A stretch of 63,815 nt of DNA, counting the filler, from an uncultured bacterium (GTDB lineage Bacteria; B130-G9), in NCBI GenBank assembly GCA_965372715.1. It is 3 parts of 3 records of this genome, joined end to end, with 100 filler letters (N's around TTAATTAATTAA, not from the genome) between each part and the next. Parts side by side here need not be neighbours in the genome. Positions count along the whole stretch, not along the records: positions 1 to 30,289 come from CBDVDH010000049.1; 2 more parts are not named here. One strand, given 5' to 3'. A program made the translations under genes and the position numbers. Under the pieces are notes generated by a model. That model made no database searches. It saw nothing but the letters and a program-made list of their open reading frames with translations, and was not told the origin of the DNA. Within the stretch, counting starts at the first letter, position 1, and every line of letters begins with the position of its first letter. This document shows, piece after piece, positions 18,205-28,360 of this stretch.

Positions 18205-19293
18205 ATGTACAGTGTTGTCGGCTCCAAGGAGCTGATGTTTTTCCAGGCGGGCATCCTGGTTTTTGGGATGCTTGTTTCCATGGTCTTGACGCTGGCGTGC
18301 CGCCGGTTGGCATTTCGGTTCGGTGTGCTTGATAAGCCCGGCACGAGGAAGGTTCACAAGCAGCCAAAGCCTTTGCTTGGTGGTTTGGCGATCTTCGTTT
18401 CGTTTAATCTGGTTCTACTGGTTCTCTGGTTGCTGGGCTATATTCAGCGGGCGCAGAGGTTTCAGGTATTCTCCATAGCCGCAGGCGGGCTCGTCATAAT
18501 GGTCGTCGGACTGATAGACGACATCAAGCCGATTACGCCCAGGATAAAGCTGCTGACGCAGGTTGCAGTCAGCGCAGCTGCTGCGATGATCATTATTTTG
18601 GGAGACGTCAAGCTCTCTGTTTACGTTCTCGACGCGCACGATGTGCTTGCGCTGTTGGTTACCGTCGTCTGGGTGGTGGGCATAACCAATTCGTTTAACC
18701 TGCTAGATAACATGGACGGGCTTTCGGCCGGCGTCGGCGTCATCGCAGCGGTCTCATTTGCTGTCATCGGGGTGATGCAACGCGAGCCAGTAGTATCGAT
18801 GTTGGCGCTCGCGGTCGGCGGAAGCTGCCTGGGATTCCTTCGATACAACCTGGCCCCGTCCAAGATATTCATGGGGGATGCCGGAAGCATGTTTGTCGGA
18901 TTCACCTTGGCGTCTGTCGCGGTCTTGGGAGTTTATACGAGGATCACGGACGTTCCTCGCCTGGCCATGATAACGCCGGTCTTGGTTCTCGCAGTGCCGA
19001 TCTTCGACACAGCGTCGGTCGTCTGGATACGGTGGCGCAATCATCGGCCGATATTCATCGGCGACAAGAACCATTTCTCACACCGCCTTGTCTCGTTCGG
19101 CATGAGTCAGTCGAAGGCCGTGTTTTTTATCTATTTGGTCGCTGGCCTCATGGGCCTTCTTGCGATACTGGTCTCGACTCTGAAGCTGGAGCAGGCGGTG
19201 TTCTTGCTTCTTTATGCGGCTGCAACGTTCGTGATAATCGGCATTCTGCTTGGGGTGAAGCGCTCCGACGCAGGTGAGATTAGAAAGGACTAG
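18205..19293 (+). CDS. WecA/TagO-type undecaprenyl-phosphate GlcNAc-1-phosphate transferase (MraY family)
   Basis: RKVH..P.PLLGG, GLIDD, NSFNLLDNMDGL, IFMGDAGS, HFSHRL. Confidence 0.88.
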   Translation: MYSVVGSKELMFFQAGILVFGMLVSMVLTLACRRLAFRFGVLDKPGTRKVHKQPKPLLGGLAIFVSFNLVLLVLWLLGYIQRAQRFQVFSIAAGGLVIMVVGLIDDIKPITPRIKLLTQVAVSAAAAMIIILGDVKLSVYVLDAHDVLALLVTVVWVVGITNSFNLLDNMDGLSAGVGVIAAVSFAVIGVMQREPVVSMLALAVGGSCLGFLRYNLAPSKIFMGDAGSMFVGFTLASVAVLGVYTRITDVPRLAMITPVLVLAVPIFDTASVVWIRWRNHRPIFIGDKNHFSHRLVSFGMSQSKAVFFIYLVAGLMGLLAILVSTLKLEQAVFLLLYAAATFVIIGILLGVKRSDAGEIRKD

Positions 19294-19399
19294 CGGCAAA
19301 GACTTTGACATTGAACGATCAGGATGCCAACATTATTCTGACAATTATAGTGAGCATCGAAGAGGAAATGGAGACCGTGATAATAGGAAGGAGGCCGCA

Positions 19400-20230
19400 T
19401 TGAAGCCGCTTAGTGTGTCGAAGATTCTTAGGCTTGTTGAATCACGGCGAGGACTTGTCGCCCAGAACATGGCCCTGGTCGATTTATCCGGCAAGAATCT
19501 CTCACAATTGAATTTTGAGAGGACGCTTTTTTCTGAGGCCACGTTAACTGGTTCGAACCTATCGAATTCGACGCTGAAGGCCGTTGATTTCACGGGCGCG
19601 GACCTCAAAAGCGTCGTTTTTCGCCTCGCCAACTTGAAGGAGGCGGTATTCACTGGCGCGAATGTTCGCGATGCCGACTTCTGGGGAGCAGACCTGTCCA
19701 GAGCAGTGTTGACCGGTATCGTGAATATCCTTCAAGCGAGGTTCGACGGGGCCGATTTCGCGGAGGCGAATCTCTCGGGCCTCGACCTCAGGGAGGCCCA
19801 AAATCTGAACCAGGCGAAATTCGAGAGGGCCAATCTTAGTCAGGCGTTTATGGAGGGGATCGTTCTGGAAAATGTGCCTATGAACGAGGCGAATCTCCAG
19901 GGGGCGAACCTCACGAAGGCGCGATTGATGCACGTGAAGCTGGGGGGCGCCGATCTTCAGGAAGCGATTTTCAAGGACGCGGATATCCAGGGGGCTTACC
20001 TGAACCGTTGCGATGCCAAGAACGCCGATTTCAGCGGCTCGAACCTTACAGGCGCCGATCTTCAAGACGCAGACCTTTCGGGCGCGAAGTTCGTGCGGAC
20101 AAACCTCTCCAGCGCGAACCTGCGCAACGCGAATCTTACCAACGCGGACATGCGTGGGGTCAATCTTGGCGGCGCGGTTCTCTTTGGGGCCAAGTTTACG
20201 AACGTCCGGGGTGTAGTCATCAAAGAATAG
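19400..20230 (+). CDS. Pentapeptide repeat protein
   Basis: Continuous A[DN]LxxA repeats; TTG start at 19400 after AGGAGG. Confidence 0.9.
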   Translation: MKPLSVSKILRLVESRRGLVAQNMALVDLSGKNLSQLNFERTLFSEATLTGSNLSNSTLKAVDFTGADLKSVVFRLANLKEAVFTGANVRDADFWGADLSRAVLTGIVNILQARFDGADFAEANLSGLDLREAQNLNQAKFERANLSQAFMEGIVLENVPMNEANLQGANLTKARLMHVKLGGADLQEAIFKDADIQGAYLNRCDAKNADFSGSNLTGADLQDADLSGAKFVRTNLSSANLRNANLTNADMRGVNLGGAVLFGAKFTNVRGVVIKE

Positions 20231-20241
20231 CAGGCTTCGGG

Positions 20242-21354
20242 ATGGTCAAATGCGCAAATCCTAAGTGCAATCATCATCGGCCTTCCGGTTTTCTAGAGTC
20301 GCTCTGGGCGAGTCGAGGCTTTGTCTTCGACGGTAGGTGGTTTTGTTCGGACACCTGCTATGAGAACTTCACCCAGTTGGACGGGGACCAGGTTGCGTCA
20401 GAGACCGAGGCCGATGAGTCTCCTTCCGTCGATATGACGAACATGCGACTTGGGGAGATACTTGTTGAATACGGAATAATTGGCAGCGAGGAGCTTTCTT
20501 TATGCCTCGATGAGCATGAGCAATCGGACAAGCGGATTGGGCAGATGCTCGTCGAGGCTGGGCTTATTACTCGTGAGGCGGTCCTTGCGGCGCTGAGCAA
20601 GCAAAAGGGCACGCCCTGGGTTGACGTATTTATGCTTTCTTATGACGATGCCGCGCTTGCGCTTCTTTCTGAGGAGGACGCAAAGAAGGAACTGGCGTTG
20701 CCGTTCGGCTTCGTCGATGGTCAGGTTCTGGTGGCTATGTCTGCCGCCGGAGACAAGGAGCGACTGGTTGAATTGGAGAAAAAAATAGACCGACCGATTC
20801 GTCCCGTGTTTTCGCCAGCAGAGGAGCTGATCGTTGCAATCAAGCGGGCCTATTTACCGGACCGGCTGGTCGAGAAAGATGGCGTCCTTCATCGACTCTC
20901 GCCCGTCGATAGGCGGTTAGGTCAGATAATGCTTGTCGAAGGGACGATCACACCTTCGCAGCTCGAGCAGGCACTCGTCGCCCAACAAAAGGACGTCTCT
21001 CGCATCGGACAGATACTGTTGAGGTTGGGCTTCATCACGGGGGAGAAGCTTACCAGGGCCCTTGGGAAACAGTTCGGCTGCATGTGGCTAGACCTCTCGG
21101 CTTCGACGATACCGGCTCGGACGATAGACCTCTTCTCGAGTGAGATCGCGTATGAGTTCGGGGTGGTGCCCGTGAAGTACTCGAACGAAGTGCTCGACGT
21201 TGCGACTGACGATCCGGCGGACCGCACCAAGTTCAGGAGGTTAGAGTCGCGCATAAATCGCAAAATTGAGCTAGTAGTTTGCACAACGTCGCACCTGTCT
21301 GCGGCGCTTGAGAAGTATTACGGTAAGAAAGACGAGTCGAGCGATAATGAATAG
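20242..21354 (+). CDS. Tandem MshEN/GSPII_N domain protein lacking an ATPase, with N-terminal Cys cluster
   Basis: Two RLG...G.I...L..Q / RIG...Q motif pairs; N-terminal CxxxxC...CSxxC; ATG 20242. Confidence 0.8.
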   Translation: MVKCANPKCNHHRPSGFLESLWASRGFVFDGRWFCSDTCYENFTQLDGDQVASETEADESPSVDMTNMRLGEILVEYGIIGSEELSLCLDEHEQSDKRIGQMLVEAGLITREAVLAALSKQKGTPWVDVFMLSYDDAALALLSEEDAKKELALPFGFVDGQVLVAMSAAGDKERLVELEKKIDRPIRPVFSPAEELIVAIKRAYLPDRLVEKDGVLHRLSPVDRRLGQIMLVEGTITPSQLEQALVAQQKDVSRIGQILLRLGFITGEKLTRALGKQFGCMWLDLSASTIPARTIDLFSSEIAYEFGVVPVKYSNEVLDVATDDPADRTKFRRLESRINRKIELVVCTTSHLSAALEKYYGKKDESSDNE

Positions 21355-22150
21355 GCAACCAGCTGTAGCCGGGCAGTTCTACAGTGGAACGAGTTCTGGC
21401 CTAAGGCGGCAGGTAGCGTCTTACATTGAGGATGGGAGTGATAAGGTTGACGCGAAAGCGGTCGTTTCGCCGCATGCGGGTTTCGTCTGTTCAGGGCCCG
21501 TGGCGGGCAAAGTCTATTCGCAGATACGAAACTACGACACCTACGTTATACTAGGGCCGAATCATAGCGGTGTGGGTTCGCCGGCCGCAGTCTATGGCCA
21601 GGGCTCCTGGACCATGCCGATGGGCGACGTCCCGATTGATTCGGAGCTCGCACGTTCGATTATCGCGCGGTCAAGCATTGCCTCGCAGGACGAGAGCGCT
21701 CACCGGTTGGAGCATTCTCTCGAGGTTCAGCTTCCGTTCATCCAGTTCTTCAACAGCGACTTCTCCATAGTGCCGATATGTATCGGCCTTCGGAGTTGTC
21801 AAGAGGCGGTGCAGCTGGGCGAGGAGCTTGCAGATGTGATCTCGGGGTCTTCCAAGAGAGTGCTTATTGTCGCCAGCACCGACATGTCTCATTATGTGCC
21901 CCATGATCTGGCGGCCAAGAGGGACAGGTTGGCGATCGATAAGGTCCTTGAGCTTGACGCGTCTGGGCTTTATGACGTTGTCAAACGCAACGCCATTTCG
22001 ATGTGCGGTGTCGTGCCTACCGTGACAGCGGTGGCGGCGGCGAACGAGCTCGGGGCGAGGTCTGCCGTTCTGATTTCATACATGACATCCGGCGACACCT
22101 GTGGCGACAAGGCCCAAGTTGTTGGTTACGCCGGGATAGTAATAACGTAG
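21347..22150 (+). CDS. amrB: AmmeMemoRadiSam system protein B (MEMO1 family)
   Basis: RQPAVAGQFY, SPHAG, GPNH, EHSLEVQLPF, STDMSHY, MCG, VVGYAG. Confidence 0.9.
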   Translation: MNRQPAVAGQFYSGTSSGLRRQVASYIEDGSDKVDAKAVVSPHAGFVCSGPVAGKVYSQIRNYDTYVILGPNHSGVGSPAAVYGQGSWTMPMGDVPIDSELARSIIARSSIASQDESAHRLEHSLEVQLPFIQFFNSDFSIVPICIGLRSCQEAVQLGEELADVISGSSKRVLIVASTDMSHYVPHDLAAKRDRLAIDKVLELDASGLYDVVKRNAISMCGVVPTVTAVAAANELGARSAVLISYMTSGDTCGDKAQVVGYAGIVIT

Positions 22151-22196
22151 CGTTGCCTCTCCTGGCCTTGGCGCTGTGTTGCAGGGAGAAGGGAAG

Positions 22197-22634
22197 TTGA
22201 GGGTGCTCGGACTAGACTTGGGCGACCGACGGATAGGCGTCGCCATGAGCGATCCTTCGTGCAAGCTCGCCCTTCTGCGCGAAACGCTCTTCGTATCCGG
22301 TGAGAAAGACGCAATCAAGAGAATCGGCAGGCTTGTCAGAGAAAACGAGATTGACGCGGTAGTAATCGGATTGCCGTTGAACCTGGACGGCAGTTCCGGG
22401 CCCCGTGCTGAGAAGACGCGGGCGTTTGCGGCACTCATAAGAGATGAGCTGGCGGTCCAGGTCGAGTTCTGGGACGAGCGGCTAACGACCCGCATCGCGA
22501 AGCGGACTCTTCACGATGCGGGTCGAAAGGCAACAAAGCGAGATGGCCGGCTGGACCAGATGAGCGCAGCTCTGATACTCCAGGGCTATCTTGACCGGCT
22601 GGCAACATCGTCCAAGATGCGTGAACAGTCTTAA
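22197..22634 (+). CDS. ruvX: RuvX/YqgF pre-16S rRNA nuclease
   Basis: LGLDLGDRRIGVA, GLP, DERLTT, ILQGYL. Confidence 0.93.
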   Translation: MRVLGLDLGDRRIGVAMSDPSCKLALLRETLFVSGEKDAIKRIGRLVRENEIDAVVIGLPLNLDGSSGPRAEKTRAFAALIRDELAVQVEFWDERLTTRIAKRTLHDAGRKATKRDGRLDQMSAALILQGYLDRLATSSKMREQS

Positions 22635-23654
22635 ATGGCAAGAATATGGCGAGTTTTTGTCCTATCTCTTCTGTTGGTGCTTCTTGCGGTCTCCGGACCA
22701 GTGCTCTACTTCAAGGACTATCTGGATAATCCAACTAATATGGCGACTGAGCCGTTTGACGTCAGGATTGAGCGGGGGATGTCGGTAAGGGAGGTTGCGG
22801 AGGTCTTGAAGTCGCAAGGAGTTATCAAGAATCCCTCTAATTTTACGCTAATATGTCGGCTGATGGATGCAACGATCCCTGCCGGTGAGTATAATATCCT
22901 TGCGCGCCTCAAGCCGAAAGAGCTGGTCAGAGCCTTCGAGCCCAAAAACCTCGCGTTGCGGCGGGTGACGATACCAGAGGGCTCGACGCTCCGGGAGATC
23001 GCCGGGATAGTCGAGAGCTCGCTTGGGATTGACGCCTCAAGTTTTATCAAGGTTTGCAATGGCGGTTCATTCGCTGCAAAGTTGGGTATTCAGGCTGATA
23101 GCCTGGAGGGTTACCTGTTTCCCGAGACTTATCATTTCGAGCCGGGAACGCGCGCCTCGAAGGTCATTAAGCGTATGGTCAAGGAGTTCTCCGAGGTTTT
23201 AGGCCCGCGACAAAAGGAGCAGGTTTCGGAACTCAACATGACCTTACACGAGATCGTTACGATTGCCTCGATGGTGGAGAAGGAGACAGCGTTGGATGAG
23301 GAGAGGCCCTTGGTCGCGGCCGTCATATACAACAGGCTGAAGCGGAACATGCCGCTTCAGATAGACCCAACCGTGATATACGGCTTGAAAGAGTTTGACG
23401 GGAACCTCACGCGAGAGCATCTCAAGACCGATACAGAATACAACACTTACACACGGAAGGGCTTGCCGCCGGGGCCTATCTGTTCGCCGTCGAAGGAATC
23501 GCTTCTCGCAGCCCTATATCCTAAGGATGTGGACTACCTTTACTTTGTTTCGACGAACAACGGTTATCATAAGTTCTCATCCACGATGCAGGAACACAAT
23601 AAGGCAGTGCGGCTCTATCAGAAGAGGCGGCGCCCGAGGCGAGGCGGTCGATGA
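22635..23654 (+). CDS. mltG: Endolytic transglycosylase MltG
   Basis: TIPEG, LEGYLFPETY, ASMVEKE, LQIDPT, YNTY..GLPPGPI. Confidence 0.95.
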   Translation: MARIWRVFVLSLLLVLLAVSGPVLYFKDYLDNPTNMATEPFDVRIERGMSVREVAEVLKSQGVIKNPSNFTLICRLMDATIPAGEYNILARLKPKELVRAFEPKNLALRRVTIPEGSTLREIAGIVESSLGIDASSFIKVCNGGSFAAKLGIQADSLEGYLFPETYHFEPGTRASKVIKRMVKEFSEVLGPRQKEQVSELNMTLHEIVTIASMVEKETALDEERPLVAAVIYNRLKRNMPLQIDPTVIYGLKEFDGNLTREHLKTDTEYNTYTRKGLPPGPICSPSKESLLAALYPKDVDYLYFVSTNNGYHKFSSTMQEHNKAVRLYQKRRRPRRGGR

Positions 23655-24427
23655 AACTGTCCCATGGCATGAAGAGCGACATAGGTCGCGTCAGACTCAC
23701 GAACGAGGACTGTTGTTTCGCGAGCGACGAGATGGGCTTGTTCATCGTCGCGGATGGGATGGGTGGGCACGCCGGGGGCCGGATAGCAAGCAAGGACGCT
23801 GTCACCGCGCTGGCGGACTTCGTGGGGCACTATCTCCGGAACCCGGACATCACGCCTCCTTTCGGTCTTGCAATGGACCTTTCAGGGCCGGAGAGCGTTC
23901 TGCGAGCCGCAATGATGGTTGCGAATGCGAGAGTGCTTGAGCGTAGCAAGCGGGACGCTTCACTCAGTGGGATGGGCACGACGCTGTCGGTGTGTTGGGT
24001 TCGCGGTCGCTCAGCTCATATCGCCCACGTCGGCGACAGCCGTGTGTACCTCATTCGCGACAGCTCTTTCAGGCTTCTCACGCAGGACCACTCATGGGTG
24101 TATGAGCAGTATCGAGAGGGCATACTGAGTTTCGAGGAGACCAAGAGTCACCCGATGAAGCATCTCGTTACCCGCTCTCTCGGCGCCAAGAAAACCCTTC
24201 AGGCAGACCTGCATAGCTACGCCTTGCAGGACAACGATCTGATAATGCTATGCACCGATGGCCTGACGAGCGTCTTGGCTGATGAACTGATTCAATCGGC
24301 GGTGCTCGATCCGGCAGTCAGCGCTCTCGACCAAAAATGCCATGTTCTGGTCGAGATGGTTAACCAGGCTGGCGGCTTTGACAACACAACCGTGGTGCTC
24401 GTTCGGGTTCAGGATGCTAAGAGCTGA
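23651..24427 (+). CDS. PP2C-type Ser/Thr phosphatase (Stp1/IreP)
   Basis: NED, VADGMGGH, GTT, HVGDSR, QDHS, CTDGL, GGFDN. Confidence 0.92.
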   Translation: MKLSHGMKSDIGRVRLTNEDCCFASDEMGLFIVADGMGGHAGGRIASKDAVTALADFVGHYLRNPDITPPFGLAMDLSGPESVLRAAMMVANARVLERSKRDASLSGMGTTLSVCWVRGRSAHIAHVGDSRVYLIRDSSFRLLTQDHSWVYEQYREGILSFEETKSHPMKHLVTRSLGAKKTLQADLHSYALQDNDLIMLCTDGLTSVLADELIQSAVLDPAVSALDQKCHVLVEMVNQAGGFDNTTVVLVRVQDAKS

Positions 24428-24465
24428 TGCGCGTATTTCATGGCGGGGTATTCGGTCGGAGGTCC

Positions 24466-24571
24466 GTAGGGGCGGTGTCTCAGACCCGCCCGCTTATATC
24501 AATCCCATTGGATACGAGGCATTTTATGCGACCATCAATTAGAGCGGGCGGGTCAGAGACCACGCCCCTAC
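24466..24571. repeat. GTAG-type REP doublet (REPIN), family B
   Basis: GTAGGGGCGGTGTCTCAGACCCGCCCGCT ... AGCGGGCGGGTCAGAGACCACGCCCCTAC; spacer homologous to the copy at 59829. Confidence 0.9.
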
Positions 24572-24588
24572 ACAAGCTGCGCGCAGTT

Positions 24589-26208
24589 ATGACCCGGGCT
24601 CTCTCTGGCCGGCCGGTTGCTCTGTTATGCGCTGTTTGCTTGTGCTGTTTAGTTGGGTGTGCCAATACAATGGTGCACGTCCCTGAAAGCAGCTCAGTCC
24701 CGACGGAGGACAGCCGCGTGCAGGAACCTTCTTTGCAAGCTGCGGACAAGCCCGAGGAGGTTTTTGCGATCACGGAGGAATACTTCGAGAACGCATATCG
24801 CAAGGCCGAGGGCTTCTTGCGAAGCGCCAGCGACATTTACGACACGGGTCTCACGCGCGAGGCCATCCCCTATCTCGACACCGCCCTGTTGACGGTGCTC
24901 GACTCCCAAATCGAGCTCTCCGAATTCCCCATGATGCGTGAGCTTTTTCAAGAAATCTTCGATCTCAATGCTAGAATACTGAGATCGAATCCCGAGGCGC
25001 TGGACATTTATCTTGATAATCGCTGGAGCCACTTCAACACGAAGAACTACACGGTACCGATCATTCTCAACAACGCGGTCAGGCACTTCATCGAGGAGTA
25101 TCAGACAGCGAGCAGAGGGTTTATTGAGCGGTCGCTGAGGCGCTCGGGCGGATATATGCCGATGATCAAGGAGGAGCTGTCCAAGGCGGGCTTGCCCGGG
25201 GACTTGGCGTATCTTGTAATCATCGAAAGTGGGTTCAGTCCGAAGGCCACGTCATACGCTCGGGCGAGAGGGCTTTGGCAGTTCATGCCGAGCACCGGAA
25301 GGCGTTACGGCCTCAAGATGAACTACTGGGTTGACGAACGATGTGACCCTGAGAAATCGACAAAGGCCGCAATTCGATACATGAGCGACCTTTACGATGA
25401 GTTTAGGTCCTGGAAGCTCGTGCTTGCGTCGTATAACGGCGGGGAAGGTAGGATCCGTCGGGCGGTTCAGCACTGCGGCACGACCGACTTCTGGGATATC
25501 GCATCGTCCGACAGGATTCACCGCCAGACAAAGGAATACGTCCCTCGGTTCATGGCGGCCACGATCATCGCCAAGTATCCTGAGAAGTTCGGGTTCTACG
25601 TTGACTACAACGATCCCGTCGAATACGACGAGGTTACGATTCAGGGCTGGCTGGACCTGAAGGCGGCGGCAAAGTGCGCCGGGACGAGCTACAGCACCCT
25701 CAAGGCGCTCAATCCGGAGCTCCGCCGATGGTGCACGCCTCCGGTTTACTCCAAATACACGCTCAAGATTCCCAAAAGAACAAGCGACGCCTTCTGGGCC
25801 GGCTACGAGAAGCTCCCGAAGAGGCAGCGCTCACGGGTGGTTACACATCGCATCCGCTATGGCGAAACGCTGTCCAGCATCGCAAGTCGCTATGGGTCGA
25901 GCGTCAAGGCGATAATGTCCGCGAACGGCCTGAGAACGACGCGGATTCGGGCAGGGCGGAGGCTGATGATCCCTGTCCTTGCAAAGAGAACTCGTAAGAG
26001 CTCCACGTCAAGCGCTCCGAAACTGGAGTGGTCCGAGACGGTAACGCATCGAGTGAGGGCCGGAGACACGCTCTATGGAATCGCGCAGAAATACGGCTCG
26101 AGCATTCGTGCGATCAAGCAGGCGAATGGACTCAAAAGCAGCAGGATCAAACCGGGTCAGAAACTCATTGTCCCGATCCTGAAGTCCGGCAAGTCAAAGA
26201 AGAAGTAG
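24589..26208 (+). CDS. mltD: Membrane-bound lytic transglycosylase MltD-like (SLT + 2 LysM), lipoprotein
   Basis: IESGF, GLWQFM, ASYNGG, TKEYVP; two LysM domains; lipobox LVGC; frame also open from 24427 through the REPIN. Confidence 0.88.
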   Translation: MTRALSGRPVALLCAVCLCCLVGCANTMVHVPESSSVPTEDSRVQEPSLQAADKPEEVFAITEEYFENAYRKAEGFLRSASDIYDTGLTREAIPYLDTALLTVLDSQIELSEFPMMRELFQEIFDLNARILRSNPEALDIYLDNRWSHFNTKNYTVPIILNNAVRHFIEEYQTASRGFIERSLRRSGGYMPMIKEELSKAGLPGDLAYLVIIESGFSPKATSYARARGLWQFMPSTGRRYGLKMNYWVDERCDPEKSTKAAIRYMSDLYDEFRSWKLVLASYNGGEGRIRRAVQHCGTTDFWDIASSDRIHRQTKEYVPRFMAATIIAKYPEKFGFYVDYNDPVEYDEVTIQGWLDLKAAAKCAGTSYSTLKALNPELRRWCTPPVYSKYTLKIPKRTSDAFWAGYEKLPKRQRSRVVTHRIRYGETLSSIASRYGSSVKAIMSANGLRTTRIRAGRRLMIPVLAKRTRKSSTSSAPKLEWSETVTHRVRAGDTLYGIAQKYGSSIRAIKQANGLKSSRIKPGQKLIVPILKSGKSKKK

Positions 26209-26307
26209 CCGCGCGGAATGAGCGCGACCGGTGTGCTGTGGCTGCTTTAGGTCCGTCCCTGCCATTTCCGTGTCGTGGCAGCAATACATCGCGGTAGTCA
26301 ATCAATT

Positions 26308-26333
26308 GTAGGGGCGTGGTCTGTGACCCGCCC
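26308..26333 (+). repeat. Single GTAG REP
   Basis: gtaggggcgtggtctgtgacccgccc. Confidence 0.75.
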
Positions 26334-26350
26334 ATTTGTAAGGAGTTCCT

Positions 26351-28294
26351 ATGTTCGAGATAACCTATGACCAGAAGAAGCACATCCTTGATGAGATGAA
26401 CGACCGGTTCAGGGGCGCCGAGCGCATCGAGACCGGCGTTGACCAAGTGTTGTCTCTTTGGCAGGAGAAGGACGGTTCGCCGGACGACCTGAAAGAGTTC
26501 TGCCTCAAGTATTTCATCGATAATGACGCCGAGCTCGCCTCGTTCCGCGGCAAGCTGGAGCTGGTGTTCGAGAAGCTGCACGGGCATCTGCTGGAGGTCC
26601 ACAGCAGCTTCAGCAGATGGAAGGACCTTGAGCTCGGGCCTTTTTCGCCGCAAGACGAGCTGTTGGCGAGGTTCAATCCATTCAAGCACGTAACTGACGA
26701 CTTGTTCGATCTTAAGCTCCCGTTCGTAATACTGCTCAATTTCAAACGGGAGACGTTCCAGTCGATAATCGAGCACCATGCCGAATGGTCGAGAGAGAAA
26801 TGGACCGAGGTCAGGCTCGCTGACTACGAGAGCAGAGTCCCAGCCGAGGTGTCCCACGAGGTGTTCCTTGCTATGCACGAGGCGGACACATATATCAACG
26901 GCTACAACATCTTCGTGAATTGCCTTCTTGACGAGAGCGGCGAGCGGCTCTATGAGCAAGAGAAGAGGCTGATCTCACACTGGGGCCTGAGAGACGAGCT
27001 GAAAGCGCTCTACCCCGACCCAGACGGTGCGCCCAAGCAGGAGCTCATCCTCAAAGTGATGAGACACATCGTTCAGGGAACCATCCCCCAAGAGGTCATC
27101 AACAACAGCAGCATCCGCTGGAACTCCTACACAAATGAGTGCTTCGATGCGGACGGCAGTAGCGTTCAAGCCACGCCTGAATCTGTTCGAAGATATGCCA
27201 TCTGGCTCAATGTGTTTCAGGCGCAGCGCGCTCAGGACCCTTATTACACCGTGAACAAGACGCTGATTGACCGCCGGTTCAACGTGCACAGAGAGATACC
27301 TGAGGCGAAGGTCGAGGAGATGTTCGTCAAGTTGCTCTCGTCACCGGTCTTGGGCGACGTTGCTCGCGTTATGAAGAAGCGGCTGGGTCGCGAGCTGAGG
27401 GCTTATGACATCTGGTATCAGGGCTTCAAGCCGCTGGAAAGCCAGTCGAAGCTCGACCACCTCGTGGAAGAGAAGTTCCCCGATGTCGATGCTTTCAATC
27501 AGAAGCTGCCCCAGATACTCCTGAAGCTCGGCTTTTCGGCGGATAGGGCTCACTACATTGCGGACCACATCGTTGCCGAGCCTTCACGAAGCGCGGGGCA
27601 CGCCCGAGGCGCAGGGATGCGAGGCGAGAAGGCTCTGCTCAGGATCCGCACTGAGAAGGGGAAGATGAACTACGACGCGTTCAGTATCGCGATGCACGAG
27701 CTTGGCCACACCGTGGAGCAGACGCTGAGCATGAATCTCATAGACCACCCGGCTCTCGAGGGGGTGCCCAATGCGGCCTTTACCGAGGCGATCGCTTTTC
27801 TATTTCAGGCAAAAGACAAGGAGGTCTTGGGCCTGTCTCCCGAAAAGGAAGACCCCGAGCGCGCGATACAGACCTACTTGGCAACGTGCGAGATCGCATC
27901 GATGGCTCTCGTTGACATGCACGCCTGGCGCTACCTTTACAGGCGCCCGAATGCGACGCCGTCGGACTTGAAGCGCTGCGTCCTGGATACTGCGCAGGAG
28001 CTCTGGGCAAAATACTGGGCGCCGCAGTTCGGCGAATCCGACGATCCCATTCTGGGCGTTTACTCGCACATGATCACGTATTGCCTCTACCTTCCGGACT
28101 ACCCCATTGGGCACATCATCAGCCATCAAATCGAGAAGTTCTTCAAAGACCACGACCTTGCCTCGAACCTGGAGCGAATGTGCCTCCTGGGCAACATCTA
28201 TCCTGATCTGTGGATGGAGAAGGCCGTCGGCAGGCCCATCAGCCCCGACGAGCTCCTGTCCGACGCTACGGCGGCCGTCAAAGCGCTGGGCTGA
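26351..28294 (+). CDS. Conserved hypothetical HExxH (gluzincin-like) metallopeptidase
   Basis: AAGGAG RBS; MHELGH followed by PNAAFTEA. Confidence 0.65.
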   Translation: MFEITYDQKKHILDEMNDRFRGAERIETGVDQVLSLWQEKDGSPDDLKEFCLKYFIDNDAELASFRGKLELVFEKLHGHLLEVHSSFSRWKDLELGPFSPQDELLARFNPFKHVTDDLFDLKLPFVILLNFKRETFQSIIEHHAEWSREKWTEVRLADYESRVPAEVSHEVFLAMHEADTYINGYNIFVNCLLDESGERLYEQEKRLISHWGLRDELKALYPDPDGAPKQELILKVMRHIVQGTIPQEVINNSSIRWNSYTNECFDADGSSVQATPESVRRYAIWLNVFQAQRAQDPYYTVNKTLIDRRFNVHREIPEAKVEEMFVKLLSSPVLGDVARVMKKRLGRELRAYDIWYQGFKPLESQSKLDHLVEEKFPDVDAFNQKLPQILLKLGFSADRAHYIADHIVAEPSRSAGHARGAGMRGEKALLRIRTEKGKMNYDAFSIAMHELGHTVEQTLSMNLIDHPALEGVPNAAFTEAIAFLFQAKDKEVLGLSPEKEDPERAIQTYLATCEIASMALVDMHAWRYLYRRPNATPSDLKRCVLDTAQELWAKYWAPQFGESDDPILGVYSHMITYCLYLPDYPIGHIISHQIEKFFKDHDLASNLERMCLLGNIYPDLWMEKAVGRPISPDELLSDATAAVKALG

Positions 28295-28314
28295 GGAGTT
28301 TCCGCAAAACGGAA

Positions 28315-28360
28315 ACGGGCGAACGGGGGAATGGGCGAAGAGGCGAAAGGGCGAAAAGGC
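28315..28360 (+). repeat. Octamer tandem repeat (ANRGGCGA-like)x6
   Basis: acgggcga acggggga atgggcga agaggcga aagggcga aaaggc. Confidence 0.75.

Noticed and set aside
20008-20241. Upstream extension of the MshEN ORF
   Set aside because: It is an out-of-frame overlap with the pentapeptide gene; ATG 20242 is more plausible
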